In this document: piece after piece, positions 34,548 through 44,934 of the stretch
Layout: each line of letters starts with the position of its first letter
Numbering within the stretch: position 1 is the first letter of the stretch
Origin: Deltaproteobacteria bacterium
GTDB taxonomy: Bacteria; Desulfobacterota; Desulfobacteria; Desulfobacterales; ETH-SRB1
Reading direction: 5' to 3'
Length of the DNA stretch: 64,000 nt
Assembly (NCBI GenBank): GCA_030262895.1
Contig: JAJSZW010000003.1
Location: forward strand, 3,076-67,075
The notes under the pieces: generated by a model
Told to the model about the DNA's origin: nothing
Databases searched by the model: none
What the model saw: the letters and a program-made list of their open reading frames with translations, nothing else
Translations under genes and position numbers: made by a program

Positions 34548-37058
34548 ATGTTGCTACTATATAACCAACAAGAAGAAGAAAATATATCCTTGATGGATAC
34601 AGTCGATTGTTTTCGGCTTGATGCTAATAGAAAAATTAATCCGGCCACACGATCAAAATTTGGTCAGTTTATGACAAATGCTTCTGTGGCTAACTTTATG
34701 GCCTCACTTTTTGCTAATATGTCAGGTGAAATTCGCTTGTTAGATGCTGGAGCCGCTGTTGGTTCTCTCACGGCTGCTTTTATCCAGGAAGCGTGTAATC
34801 GCCAAGAAAAACCAAATACAATTAATGCCACGGTTTATGAAATTGAACCGATATTTTTTGAGCATTTAAAAGAAACATTATCTAACTGTAAAGAACTGTG
34901 CTCTTTAAATAATATATTCTCTGATTTTACTTTTTTCAAAGATGATTTTATTGAGACAAACAGTAATTTGCTTTCAAATACTTTGTTTGATAAAAATAAA
35001 TTAAAGGAATATTCTCATGTTATACTAAATCCTCCCTATAAAAAAATACTATCATCATCAAAGCAACGAAAGCTTTTGAGTAGAATCGGCATAGAGACGT
35101 CAAATTTATATACAGGTTTTTTGGCGATCGCCATCAACTTACTACAAAATAATGGCGAAATGGTGGTGATCGTTCCTCGTAGCTTCTGTAATGGTCCGTA
35201 TTTCAAGCCATTTAGAAAATTATTACTTTCCACTACCGCATTTAAACATATACATGTTTTTGGGTCTAGAAAAAAGGCTTTCAAAGAAGATGATGTTTTG
35301 CAGGAAAATATTATTTTCCACGCGATAAAAGGGGGAATAAAAGACAAAGTAATGATAACATCCAGTCATGGTCCCCAATTTGAGGATATGACACAACGTT
35401 CTGTTTCTTATGATAAAGTAATAAAACCTAACGACGCAGAAAAATTTATACACATTGCTACATCCGATATGGATCAATACGTAGTTGATCGTATTTCCAC
35501 ATTTAACAACTCCCTTGAACATCTTGACATAAAAGTATCCACAGGCCCTATAGTTGAGTTCAGATTAAAAGAAGATTTGTGCAAAACTCCAGAGGAAAAT
35601 ACAGCCCCCATTTTATATCCTTTGCATTTTAATCTTAAAAGAATCGAATGGCCCAGGGAAAGCAAAAAACCAAACTATATTAAAATATCAAAAAATAGTA
35701 AAAAAGGGCTTTGGCCTAATAAAGGATATTTTGTACTCACTAAACGATTCACTGCAAAAGAAGAAAAAAAACGTATCGTCGCTGTTGTCTATGATTCCTC
35801 GCTGCCCGGCGAACTAATCGGTTTTGAAAACCATCTGAATGTTTTTCATAAGGGGCAAAAAGGTCTTTCAAAAAATATAGCATACGGCCTGTCAATTTAT
35901 CTTAATAGCACTCTGGTTGATAAATATTTCCGTTTATTTAGCGGACATACGCAGGTAAATTCAACAGATTTGAGGTCGCTTTATTATCCTCCGTTACATG
36001 TACTCGAATCTCTTGGAAGTAAAATAGGCGGGAATTATCCAAATCAACACAAAATAGATGCATTAATTAATGAGGAATTAATACAAATGACTGACAAGGA
36101 AGGATTTGATCCAGTTGTAGCGCAACAAAAAATTGACGAGGCTTTAGAAATAGTTAAGGCTCTTGGCCTTCCTCGTGGACAACATAATGAAAGATCTGCC
36201 TTGACATTGTTAGCTATTCTAAATTTACGTCCAGAGTTAAGCTGGAAAAAATCAGAAAGGCCATTAATGGGCATCACACCTATCATGGATTGGTGTCGCA
36301 ACAATTATGGTAAAGAGTATGCGCCAAATACTCGTGAAACATTTCGAAGACAGACAATGCATCAGTTTGTTGATGCCGGCATAGCCGTCTATAATCCTGA
36401 TCAACCGGATAGGCCGGTGAATAGCCCTAAAACATGTTATCAAATTAGTTCTGAAGCCTTTGATGTTATCCTGACATTCGGCACTGATAAATGGAAAAAA
36501 GCTCTGGCAAAACATCTCTCACAAAAGGAAACTCTTATCCAGCGTTACGCAAAGGAACGGGATATGCAAATGATTCCCGTTGAATTGGCTAAAGGAAAAG
36601 AAATTAAGTTAACTCCTGGAGTTCACAGCCGGCTTATAAAGGACATCATAAAAGAGTTCGGGCCGCGCTTTGCCCCTGGAAGTGAAGTGGTTTATGTTGG
36701 GGATACAGGAGATAAAACAGGTTACTTTCAAAAAGACAGGCTGGAAGAGTTGGGAGTTGAGGTCGACAGGCACGGTAAAATGCCGGACGTTGTTCTCTAT
36801 TACCCGGCAAAAAACTGGCTGCTTCTTATAGAAGCTGTAACCAGTCATGGACCAGTTGATGCCAAGAGACACAGTGAACTATCCAGACTTTTTGAGACGG
36901 CTGTGCCCGGACTGGTTTATGTTACAGCATTTCCGGACAGAGCAACAATGGGGAGATACCTTGCTGAAATATCATGGGAAACAGAAGTATGGGTGTCTGA
37001 AGCTCCAACACATATAATTCATTTCAATGGAGAAAGATTTTTAGGCCCATATGAATAA
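34548..37058 (+). CDS. fusion of a gamma-class N6-adenine methyltransferase with a BsuBI/PstI-family restriction endonuclease
   Basis: N-terminal part: LLDAGAAVGSL then VILNPPYKK. C-terminal part: ALGLPRGQHNERSALTLLAIL and HGKMPDVVLYYPAKNWLLLIEAVTSHGPV. It is one uninterrupted frame, with an alternative start at 34593. Confidence 0.8.
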   Translation: MLLLYNQQEEENISLMDTVDCFRLDANRKINPATRSKFGQFMTNASVANFMASLFANMSGEIRLLDAGAAVGSLTAAFIQEACNRQEKPNTINATVYEIEPIFFEHLKETLSNCKELCSLNNIFSDFTFFKDDFIETNSNLLSNTLFDKNKLKEYSHVILNPPYKKILSSSKQRKLLSRIGIETSNLYTGFLAIAINLLQNNGEMVVIVPRSFCNGPYFKPFRKLLLSTTAFKHIHVFGSRKKAFKEDDVLQENIIFHAIKGGIKDKVMITSSHGPQFEDMTQRSVSYDKVIKPNDAEKFIHIATSDMDQYVVDRISTFNNSLEHLDIKVSTGPIVEFRLKEDLCKTPEENTAPILYPLHFNLKRIEWPRESKKPNYIKISKNSKKGLWPNKGYFVLTKRFTAKEEKKRIVAVVYDSSLPGELIGFENHLNVFHKGQKGLSKNIAYGLSIYLNSTLVDKYFRLFSGHTQVNSTDLRSLYYPPLHVLESLGSKIGGNYPNQHKIDALINEELIQMTDKEGFDPVVAQQKIDEALEIVKALGLPRGQHNERSALTLLAILNLRPELSWKKSERPLMGITPIMDWCRNNYGKEYAPNTRETFRRQTMHQFVDAGIAVYNPDQPDRPVNSPKTCYQISSEAFDVILTFGTDKWKKALAKHLSQKETLIQRYAKERDMQMIPVELAKGKEIKLTPGVHSRLIKDIIKEFGPRFAPGSEVVYVGDTGDKTGYFQKDRLEELGVEVDRHGKMPDVVLYYPAKNWLLLIEAVTSHGPVDAKRHSELSRLFETAVPGLVYVTAFPDRATMGRYLAEISWETEVWVSEAPTHIIHFNGERFLGPYE

Positions 37059-37200
37059 AAATAATGGCCTTATGATCTGCCAAAATCCATCGAAAGTTAT
37101 AGTCAGGAAATCGACGTTCCATAAATGCTTTACCTTCTTTTTTTGACAAGATTAACAGGATGGACTGGATTAAAGCGCCATTGTATAGTAAATTAAAAAC

Positions 37201-37767
37201 ATGGGCTTGAGAATAATAGGGGGTGAGTTAAAGGGAAAAAAGCTTTATACGATACCCGGAACTTTAATAAGGCCGACATCCGACCGGTTGCGCGAGTCAA
37301 TATTTAACATACTCTCTTACCTGGTTAAAGAGGCGGTTGTTCTGGATCTGTTTGCCGGAACCGGAGCGCTCGGTATTGAGGCATTGAGTCGCGGGGCAGA
37401 CTCCGCAGTGTTTATAGACAATAATAAGAAGGCCTTATCAGTAGTTGAACGTAACATACAATCATGTGCAGTTGACAACATGTCCCAAATTATCAGATGG
37501 AATATACTTAAGAATTTAAACTGCATAAAGTCAGTTGATTCAAAATTTAATCTTGTTTTTATGGATCCTCCTTATAATAAGGGCATGATAAAACCGACCC
37601 TGATTAATCTTCATGAAAGCGGGTCTCTTGGAAAGGATGCCTGTATTATCGTTGAGCATACTCCCCTTGAGCCTGTTCCGGAAGATTACAAGCAGTTTGA
37701 ACTTACAGATCAAAGAAAATATGGGAAAACGCTTATTTCATTTATTGTAACTACTCAGGTTGGTTAG
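37201..37767 (+). CDS. rsmD: 16S rRNA (guanine966-N2)-methyltransferase
   Basis: DLFAGTGALGIEALSRGA and FMDPPY motifs. The last 6 codons and the stop lie inside a family B repeat. Confidence 0.9.
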   Translation: MGLRIIGGELKGKKLYTIPGTLIRPTSDRLRESIFNILSYLVKEAVVLDLFAGTGALGIEALSRGADSAVFIDNNKKALSVVERNIQSCAVDNMSQIIRWNILKNLNCIKSVDSKFNLVFMDPPYNKGMIKPTLINLHESGSLGKDACIIVEHTPLEPVPEDYKQFELTDQRKYGKTLISFIVTTQVG

Positions 37768-37920
37768 GCTGAAGGCTGAAGACTTTTAGGGAAAAGACTC
37801 CCAGAAGCCAATATTTTCTTAAAGCGGCCGGAAATTTTGTCCCAAACATAGAGAATAACACTCAGGAATCATCTGTTTCCTATAGCCTATAGCCTTCAGT
37901 CTAAACACCTGAGAAGTTAC
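37747..37920. repeat. MITE-like element, family B
   Basis: Termini gtaactactcaggt / acctgagaagttac. The internal sequence is homologous (inverted) to 53159-53328. Confidence 0.85.
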
Positions 37921-37950
37921 TCTTTTATTTAAAAAAAGGATTGAGAATCA

Positions 37951-38451
37951 ATGGAAAGAACAGCCATATATCCTGGTTCATTTGACCCTGTTACAAACGG
38001 TCATGTAGATATTGTAGAAAGAGGGCTTAAGATTTTTGACAGAATTATTGTAGCAATATTGCGTAATCCGGCAAAAGAGGCTCTGTTTACTGTTGAAGAG
38101 CGGAAGGAAATGATAGAAACAAGCTTAAACAGAAATTCTAACGTTGAAATAGATGTTTTTGATGGGCTACTTGTCGATTATGCAAAAAAGAGGAACGCCG
38201 TCGCAATACTGCGCGGAATGCGGGCTGTGTCTGATTTTGAATATGAGTTTCAACTGGCTCTGATGAACCGCAAGCTTAACAGGGAAATTCAAACTGTTTT
38301 TCTTATGACCGGCCTCAGGTGGATTTTTATCAGCTCATCCATAATAAAAGAAGCCGCAAGCTTTGGCGGCAACATCAATGGCATGGTGCCTCCAATAGTA
38401 AGCCGGAAATTAAAAGAGAAATTCGGTTCCATCTCTTCTGCCGATAAATAG
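37951..38451 (+). CDS. coaD: phosphopantetheine adenylyltransferase
   Basis: [21 protein letters not shown] signature. Confidence 0.92.
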   Translation: MERTAIYPGSFDPVTNGHVDIVERGLKIFDRIIVAILRNPAKEALFTVEERKEMIETSLNRNSNVEIDVFDGLLVDYAKKRNAVAILRGMRAVSDFEYEFQLALMNRKLNREIQTVFLMTGLRWIFISSSIIKEAASFGGNINGMVPPIVSRKLKEKFGSISSADK

Positions 38452-38485
38452 CTATATCCCGAAGGAAACAAGCGAGGATGAAAAA

Positions 38486-40654
38486 ATGACCATCTCTCTC
38501 TCAAAAAACGCAATATTTGTATTGGAAAAGAGGTATCTGAAAAAAGACAGCAATGGAAATATTGTTGAGACACCGGATGAGCTGTTTGCAAGGGTAGCGA
38601 AGAGCATTGCCGCTGCAGATAAGATATTTGATTCTAAAGCCGACGTTAATAAGACTGAAAAAAATTTTATGCAGTTATTGACCAGTCTCTGGTTTATACC
38701 CAACTCTCCAACCCTTATGAATGCAGGAAGGCGCCTCGGACAGTTGGCTGCTTGTTTTGTTCTTCCTGTGGAAGATTCAATTGAGAGCGTTTTTGAAACA
38801 TTGAAACATACCGCCATGATTCATAAAAGCGGGGGTGGTACCGGCTTTTCATTTTCTCGTCTCCGTCCGGAAAAAGATGTTGTTTTGTCTACAGCAGGAA
38901 TTTCAAGCGGTCCCATTTCATTTATGAATGTTTTTGATGTTGCAACCGAGACCGTTAAGCAGGGTGGTACCCGAAGAGGGGCTAATATGGGTGTTCTCAG
39001 GGTGGACCATCCGGATATAGAAGCCTTTATTGAGTCAAAAAACGATCCCACCAGATTAAACAATTTCAACATATCAGTTGCTTTAACCAGGACATTCATG
39101 GAGTCACTTGAAAAAGATTCGGAGTATGATCTTGTCAATCCGCGGACAGACCTGGTTGTTAAGCGCATTTCCGCCAGACAGATATTTGACAAGATAGTTG
39201 GTTCAGCATGGCAAACCGGAGAGCCGGGAATAATATTTATTGATCGTATAAATGAAAACAATTCCACTCCTCTTCTGGGAGAAATTGAGGCGACAAATCC
39301 TTGCGGGGAACAGCCGCTTTTGCCTTACGAGTCATGTACACTGGGCTCAATTAATCTTTCAAATATGGTAACCAAAAATACCGTTAATAAGAAGCGGCTT
39401 AAAAAAACAGTTCATTTGGCAGTTCATTTTCTTGATAATGTCATAGAGGTAAATAAATATCCTCTTTCACGCATCGAAAAAATGAGCAAAGGTGCAAGAA
39501 AGACAGGGCTTGGTGTGATGGGATTTGCCGACATGTTGATAAAACTGGGCATACCATATGATTCGGAGGAGGCAGTTTTACAGGCCGAAGATATTATGTC
39601 TTTTATATCGCAGGAATCAAGATTGGCTTCTGCTGCCCTGGCTGAAAAGCGTGGGAATTTTCCTTATTACAAAGGAAGTATTTTTGATAACCCTTCCACA
39701 GCATATATGAGAAATGCTACAACCACCACAATTGCTCCAACAGGTACAATAAGTATTATTGCAGGCACCTCCAGCGGGATTGAACCTGTTTTTGCAGTAG
39801 CATATATAAGGCGAGTGCTGGATGGAAAATCGCTTCACGAGATGCATCCACTGTTTATTAAAAAGGCCAAAGCCGAAGGATTTTACAGCAAGGAGCTTGC
39901 TGAAGAAACAGCAAGAACCGGTTCAGTTCAACACATAGACGCGGTCCCTGATCATATAAAAAGATTATTTAGAACATCCCATGATATTTCTCCCGAGTGG
40001 CATATAAAGATGCAGGCAGCTTTTCAGAAATATACTGACAATGCTGTTTCAAAAACGGTGAACTTTCCTGTTGACGCCACAATAAATGATGTAGAAAAAG
40101 TATATAGTCTTGCTTACCAGAGTGGTTGTAAGGGTGTAACCATTTATAGAGATGGAAGCCGCAGAGGCCAGGCTATGAGTATCGGCAACGGAAAAGGTCT
40201 TTCTGTAAAAATTGCCCCCAGGCCCAGACCGGAACGCACGTATGGTGTTACAGAAAGAATAAGCACGGGCTGCGGAAGTCTTTATGTTACCATCAACTCC
40301 GACCGGAAAGGAATGTGTGAGGTTTTTGCTCAGATGGGAAAAACCGGCGGTTGCGCATCATCCCAGATAGAAGCCGCCGGCCGCATGATTTCTCTTGCAT
40401 TACGGTCAGGCGTAAAGATAGATGCTATCGTAAAGCAGCTTATAGGCATCCGGTGCCCTTCTCCTGCATGGCAAGATGGCAAAATGGTTCTTTCCTGTCC
40501 TGATGCAATTGCACAGGTTTTGAAGAAATTGACCAATTCTAATTTTGTTGAGAGAGAAACCATGATGTGTGTATGCCCGGAATGCGGCGGAATAATGTCA
40601 CATGAAGAGGGCTGCATAATTTGTCGTTCCTGCGGATTCACAAAATGCAGTTAG
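38486..40654 (+). CDS. nrdJ: adenosylcobalamin-dependent (class II) ribonucleotide reductase
   Basis: [23 protein letters not shown] active-site block and a C-terminal [14 protein letters not shown] zinc-ribbon. Confidence 0.9.
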   Translation: MTISLSKNAIFVLEKRYLKKDSNGNIVETPDELFARVAKSIAAADKIFDSKADVNKTEKNFMQLLTSLWFIPNSPTLMNAGRRLGQLAACFVLPVEDSIESVFETLKHTAMIHKSGGGTGFSFSRLRPEKDVVLSTAGISSGPISFMNVFDVATETVKQGGTRRGANMGVLRVDHPDIEAFIESKNDPTRLNNFNISVALTRTFMESLEKDSEYDLVNPRTDLVVKRISARQIFDKIVGSAWQTGEPGIIFIDRINENNSTPLLGEIEATNPCGEQPLLPYESCTLGSINLSNMVTKNTVNKKRLKKTVHLAVHFLDNVIEVNKYPLSRIEKMSKGARKTGLGVMGFADMLIKLGIPYDSEEAVLQAEDIMSFISQESRLASAALAEKRGNFPYYKGSIFDNPSTAYMRNATTTTIAPTGTISIIAGTSSGIEPVFAVAYIRRVLDGKSLHEMHPLFIKKAKAEGFYSKELAEETARTGSVQHIDAVPDHIKRLFRTSHDISPEWHIKMQAAFQKYTDNAVSKTVNFPVDATINDVEKVYSLAYQSGCKGVTIYRDGSRRGQAMSIGNGKGLSVKIAPRPRPERTYGVTERISTGCGSLYVTINSDRKGMCEVFAQMGKTGGCASSQIEAAGRMISLALRSGVKIDAIVKQLIGIRCPSPAWQDGKMVLSCPDAIAQVLKKLTNSNFVERETMMCVCPECGGIMSHEEGCIICRSCGFTKCS

Positions 40655-40918
40655 CTCTCAACGGCAAACACCTTGTTGCGGAACGAAGATGCTTTTACCA
40701 AGGCCGAGGTGTGTTTTTGACTTGTTTGTTAAGCGTGAGACACTGTTCAGGCTCATGCTGTTTAAGCAGCATTATCTATTTGAGGCGGTTCCGGCCAGAC
40801 TTTTTTTAAGAATCTGGATTTCAGTTTATCGGCAAATCAGTATGAGCTTAAGATATTTTTCAATAACATCTGCGCAAACAAATGTCAACTAATGCGCAAG
40901 TCCTCAAGACACCAGTTA

Positions 40919-41024
40919 TATAGGCTTTCAGATAATTAATTTAACAAGGCCAGAAGGAGGAAGGCGTATTAGTTATACGTCGACGACTGATAACACAGTG
41001 AAATTCTTTATCTGAAAGCCTATA
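40919..41024. repeat. MITE-like element, family A (divergent copy)
   Basis: Termini tataggctttcagataa / ttatctgaaagcctata. It overlaps the stop codon of the next gene. Confidence 0.8.
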
Positions 41025-41502
41025 GATTAAGTTCGACCAATTCCGCGTCCAAAGAACTTCCACGTAGATGAAGCAGAGCAACTGTAATTGGCGCTCTAAA
41101 CGGCCCAGCCGTGCCCGGGTTCAAAAAAAGCACATTGCTTTTTTTGTCTATAGATGCCAGGTGGGTATGACCATATATAACAGCGTTAAAGCCTGCTGCA
41201 GCGGGATCTATGTCCAGTTCATGTGCATTATGAAGCACGTAGAGCAAGAATTTTCCGATCTCGACAACCTCTGTTTCAGGGAGGTAGTGTGCCCATCCGC
41301 CCACGTCCATGTTTCCTCGCACAGCATAGACCGGACTAATCGCTCGCAAAGTTTCAAGCACCTCATGCTTACCGATGTCGCCTGCATGAATAATCAAGTC
41401 GGTACTTTCGAGAACTTTGATTGCCTCAGGTCTCAAGAGACCGTGCGTGTCCGAGATGACACCAACGAGATAGTCATCAGCGCTCTGTGATTTTATTGAC
41501 AT
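41020..41502 (-). CDS. YfcE/MJ0936-type metallophosphoesterase
   Basis: Motifs GVISDTHG, HAGDIG, VRGNMD and YGHTH. Start taken at the internal ATG (MSIKSQ..). The GC content is visibly higher than in the neighbours. Confidence 0.8.
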   Translation of the reverse strand: MSIKSQSADDYLVGVISDTHGLLRPEAIKVLESTDLIIHAGDIGKHEVLETLRAISPVYAVRGNMDVGGWAHYLPETEVVEIGKFLLYVLHNAHELDIDPAAAGFNAVIYGHTHLASIDKKSNVLFLNPGTAGPFRAPITVALLHLRGSSLDAELVELNL

Positions 41503-41627
41503 TACAAGTAATTCCTTAGTGCCTGATGAATAGCGTTTTATCTTTTGTTCAGTTGAGCGTAAAAGCTTGACCTGCCCGTACAGCATAACAAAAAAATATA
41601 AAGAATCAAGCTGTTAATGGAAAGGAG

Positions 41628-42257
41628 GTGATGGGCAAAACGTGGTTGAAAAAACTAACCGGCGGTGTTAATGAAGCCGTCAAGCAGGAGGCCATGAAAT
41701 CCAGAAAATTTGAAATAAAGGGTGTGGGCGAAATCCTTTTGGAACGTAGTAGACGTGCTAAACATATCAGCCTTTCGGTTAGACCGTTCAAAGGTGTGAG
41801 AGTTGCTGTGCCCTGCAGCGTATCATTTGATAAGGCAGAAAAAGTGGCTCATTCAAAGGCCGGCTGGATAAAAAAACATCTGGATCAGATGAAGTTGTTT
41901 GAGCAGGAATCTACAGAGCTTAAAAAAAATAATCATATCGACCGAAAAAAAGCAAAAAAACGCTTGGTCAAGCGGCTTAATGAACTATCTGAAAAGCACG
42001 GTTTGACCTATAACAAGGTTTTTGTGAAAAACCAGAAAACCAGATGGGGTAGTTGTTCAGGAAAAAACAACATTAATTTGAACGTCAATCTGGTAAGAAT
42101 CCCATATGAATTGATGGATTATACCATCCTGCACGAACTGCTTCATACCCTGATAAAGGACCACAGCAAGCGGTTTTGGGATGAACTGGATAAGTTGGTT
42201 GTGGATGCAAAGAAATTGGATAAAGAACTTAATAAATATAACATGTTGTTAATATAA
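41628..42257 (+). CDS. YgjP/DUF45-family zinc metallopeptidase
   Basis: TRWGSCS..NINLNVNL and ILHELLHTLIKDHSKRFW (HExxH) motifs. The start is uncertain (41628, 41631 or 41694). Confidence 0.8.
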   Translation: MMGKTWLKKLTGGVNEAVKQEAMKSRKFEIKGVGEILLERSRRAKHISLSVRPFKGVRVAVPCSVSFDKAEKVAHSKAGWIKKHLDQMKLFEQESTELKKNNHIDRKKAKKRLVKRLNELSEKHGLTYNKVFVKNQKTRWGSCSGKNNINLNVNLVRIPYELMDYTILHELLHTLIKDHSKRFWDELDKLVVDAKKLDKELNKYNMLLI

Positions 42258-42260
42258 GAT

Positions 42261-42842
42261 TTAAAAGAAAAATTTTATTATCGCAAAGCCCGCTACAAGT
42301 AAGACCACAAATGTAATGGCAAGTATATTGAAATACTTGTCAATAAAGGTTTTAATCTTGGGGCCGAAAAGATAGATAAGCCATGCCACCAGAAAAAAAC
42401 GTGCTGCTCTTGAAATTGCCGATGCAATTACGAAAACTGTAAAATTTATATCAAATGCCCCGGCGGATATTGTGAATACTTTATAGGGAATTGGTGTAAA
42501 TCCTGCGATACCTATAGCCCAGGCGTCGTATTGCATGTATAGGTCCTTGATATATTGCATTTTGTGGGTCAGGCCGTAAAACTGGATGATCTTTTCGCCC
42601 ACAGTAATCATAAACTGCCATCCTATTAAATAGCCGAAGCATCCGCCTATCAAGGATCCTGCAGTACAAATCAGAGCATATTTAAATGACTTTTTTGGAA
42701 TAGATACAGCTAAAGCTATTAGCAATACATCCGGGGGTACGGGGAAGAAGGAAGATTCGCTAAGCGCGAGTAGAAATAATGCCCATGATCCATAGGGGGT
42801 TTCCGCCCAATGGAGAACCCAGGAATAAAGGCGACGAAGCAT
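42261..42842 (-). CDS. YqaA/DedA-related membrane protein
   Basis: ETPYGSWALFLLALSESSFFPVPPDVLLIAL pattern and multiple TM segments. Confidence 0.8.
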   Translation of the reverse strand: MLRRLYSWVLHWAETPYGSWALFLLALSESSFFPVPPDVLLIALAVSIPKKSFKYALICTAGSLIGGCFGYLIGWQFMITVGEKIIQFYGLTHKMQYIKDLYMQYDAWAIGIAGFTPIPYKVFTISAGAFDINFTVFVIASAISRAARFFLVAWLIYLFGPKIKTFIDKYFNILAITFVVLLVAGFAIIKFFF

Positions 42843-43502
42843 TTATTGATCCCTCCATCCATGCTCACCAACAAGCTTGACAAACCTGCATCCGCCCATG
42901 TTTGTTTTGAGAATACCTTCCTCATCCTTGTAAAGCCTGATTAAATCCTGGGAATATTGATCTCCTACCGGTAAAACCATTCGTCCACCCACGGATAGCT
43001 GATTAACCAGCACCTCGGGTATTTCCGGAGCGCCGGCGGTAACAATAATAGCATCAAAAGGACTTTCATCAATCCATCCCGAGGTGCCGTCGGAATATTT
43101 GGTAACAATATTGTGATAGCGAAGTTTGTCAAAAAGCCTGCGCGTTTTAACAAAAAGGGGGTGAATTCTTTCTATTGTGTATACACGGAATACAATTTCA
43201 GCGAGGATTGCTGCCTGATATCCTGACCCTGTTCCAATTTCAAGCACTCTGTCATCTTTGTTTAGTTGCAGTGCCTGTGTCATTTCAGCAACAATATATG
43301 GTTGTGAGATGGTTTGCTGTTCGCCTATGGGCAGGGGGAAATCACCATAAGCTTGATCCATTAGGGCTTCGCTTACAAAAAGATGCCTTGGAACTTTGCG
43401 CATGGCCGCAAGGACGTAAGTGTCTGTTATTCCGCGCGCTTCAATCTGTTTTTTAACCATTGCTTCACGTAAGCGCTCATATTTTAAAGAATTTGCTGGC
43501 AT
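42843..43502 (-). CDS. pcm: protein-L-isoaspartate O-methyltransferase
   Basis: ISQPYIVA and [16 protein letters not shown] motifs. Confidence 0.9.
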   Translation of the reverse strand: MPANSLKYERLREAMVKKQIEARGITDTYVLAAMRKVPRHLFVSEALMDQAYGDFPLPIGEQQTISQPYIVAEMTQALQLNKDDRVLEIGTGSGYQAAILAEIVFRVYTIERIHPLFVKTRRLFDKLRYHNIVTKYSDGTSGWIDESPFDAIIVTAGAPEIPEVLVNQLSVGGRMVLPVGDQYSQDLIRLYKDEEGILKTNMGGCRFVKLVGEHGWRDQ

Positions 43503-43639
43503 AATTAATTTTAGTTATCAAATCAAAGGGTTTGCGTCAAGGATTTATATGCTGAAGATTTATTCTTGTCTATAGCGAATGCGTGTATTATATGCAAAAA
43601 ACAAAATAATTCTTTTATTTTTTATTTCAGGAAAAATTT

Positions 43640-44638
43640 ATGAGGAGCGAAAAACATCTAATAGTATCTTTTGTATTAACTCTCCTTATTATTGGCTTTG
43701 GTACGGCTGGTTACATGGCTATAGAAGGCTGGGAGATTTTAGATGCTTTCTATATGACTGTAATTACGATGGGCACCGTTGGATACAACGAGGTCCATGA
43801 AATTAGTAAGACGGGACGATTATTTACCGTTTTACTTATCTTCTTTGGAGTTGGTTACTTTGTGTATCTAGCGGGTGTAGTGGTACAATTTATGGTTGAA
43901 GGAAGAATGAGAGCCATATTGGGGAGGAGAAGATTGGATAAAAAAATTGATCGATTAAATAACCATTATATTGTTTGCGGATATGGACGTATTGGAAGGG
44001 TCCTCTGTAAAAATTTACAAAGAAAGCCGCTTGACCTGGTTGTTATAGAGAAGGACAGAGAGCTGATTCCGGTAATGGATGAAGATAAAGTTCTCTATGT
44101 GTGCGGGGATGTATCGGATGAGGCAAATCTTATTAAGGCTGGAATAAAGCGGGCAAAAGGACTTGTTGCTGTATTGGCTACTGATGCGGACAATGTGTTT
44201 CTTGTCTTGACGGCAAGACAGCTTAATCCGGATATTCATATAGTTGCACGGGCGTGCCATGTCGAATCAAAGGCGAAATTACGGGCAGCCGGGGCAAACA
44301 ATGTTGAATCCCCATATGAAATGGGTGGTGTAAGTATGGCTCAGAGGATACTTCGTCCCACGGTGACAAACTTTCTTGACCTTGCTTTTGCATACAAACG
44401 TAAAGACATTCAGATGGAGGAGATACCAGTAAGTCCGTCCTCTGCTCTATCAAACGTTATGTTGAAAGATTCAGGTATCAGGCAGCAGTTTAATCTTATA
44501 ATAATTGCAATAAAGAAGTCAGATGACAGCATGTTGTTTAATCCTTCTTTTGAAACGCTTATCAAAGCCGGAGATACCGTTATAGCGGTAGGGGAAGAAG
44601 CAAATCTAAAGAAGCTGGAAGATATATTGAATCCATAG
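43640..44638 (+). CDS. 2TM potassium-channel-like protein with RCK/TrkA-N and TrkA-C domains
   Basis: Pore TMGTVGYNE, then IVCGYGRIGR (Rossmann) and a C-terminal TrkA-C-like segment. Confidence 0.8.
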   Translation: MRSEKHLIVSFVLTLLIIGFGTAGYMAIEGWEILDAFYMTVITMGTVGYNEVHEISKTGRLFTVLLIFFGVGYFVYLAGVVVQFMVEGRMRAILGRRRLDKKIDRLNNHYIVCGYGRIGRVLCKNLQRKPLDLVVIEKDRELIPVMDEDKVLYVCGDVSDEANLIKAGIKRAKGLVAVLATDADNVFLVLTARQLNPDIHIVARACHVESKAKLRAAGANNVESPYEMGGVSMAQRILRPTVTNFLDLAFAYKRKDIQMEEIPVSPSSALSNVMLKDSGIRQQFNLIIIAIKKSDDSMLFNPSFETLIKAGDTVIAVGEEANLKKLEDILNP

Positions 44639-44689
44639 AGAGCAGGGATCGGGGACCAGGGATCAGGGGTCGGGGAATGAGGAGCTTTA

Positions 44690-44934
44690 TCACCAAGCAA
44701 TTTTGCAACATGAAATCTGTCAATTGTAACAATGCGATTAAATCTATCAACATCTTTGATTAATGCTTTAAGAGCCGAAAAATAGCTTGCTCTCATATCA
44801 ATTGTAATACCTTCAAGAGATAATAAAATTTCCTCTGGGATACTTTGCAGAAATGGTAGAATGTCATCTCTTGAATTTCCATCAATCACACCCAATATTT
44901 TGACTTCCTTATTGATACTAAGGTTTTGAAACAA
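44690..44934 (-). mobile_element. internal fragment of an ISL3-family transposase gene
   Basis: ..ILGVIDGNSRDDILPFLQSIP......ITIDMRASYFSALKALI...RIVTIDRFHVAKLL follows the ISL3 (IS204/IS1001) pattern including DRFHV. Both N- and C-terminal parts are missing. Confidence 0.65.

Noticed and set aside
37024-37122. 32-aa minus-strand ORF MERRFPDYNFRWILADHKAIIFIHMG.. vaguely resembling the PD..(I/V)F.HG core of Vsr/DUF559 nucleases
   Set aside because: It is very short, overlaps the 3' end of the M::R fusion gene, and lacks the downstream GCFWH-type motif. It is not supportable.
38452-38485. Expected regulatory RNA (for example a cobalamin riboswitch) in front of nrdJ
   Set aside because: Only 34 nt separate the coaD stop from the nrdJ start, which leaves no room for a riboswitch. 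nrdJ is evidently co-transcribed with coaD.
40895-40918. Second integrase-tail-like string (ctcaagacacca, as at 29664-29675)
   Set aside because: The translation gives ITGVLRTCALVD, which lacks the YTHV and SPLD motifs. The shared 12-mer alone is insufficient.
43579-43800. 73-aa ORF upstream of and overlapping the RCK channel gene
   Set aside because: It is out of frame with the channel and begins in AT-rich promoter-like sequence. The channel frame has the TM and pore signatures.
44410-44689. The 3' two-thirds of listed ORF 44410..44934 (minus strand)
   Set aside because: Only the first 80 or so codons look ISL3-like. The remainder overlaps the well-supported channel gene on the opposite strand and the G-rich spacer, so it is read-through of a fragment.
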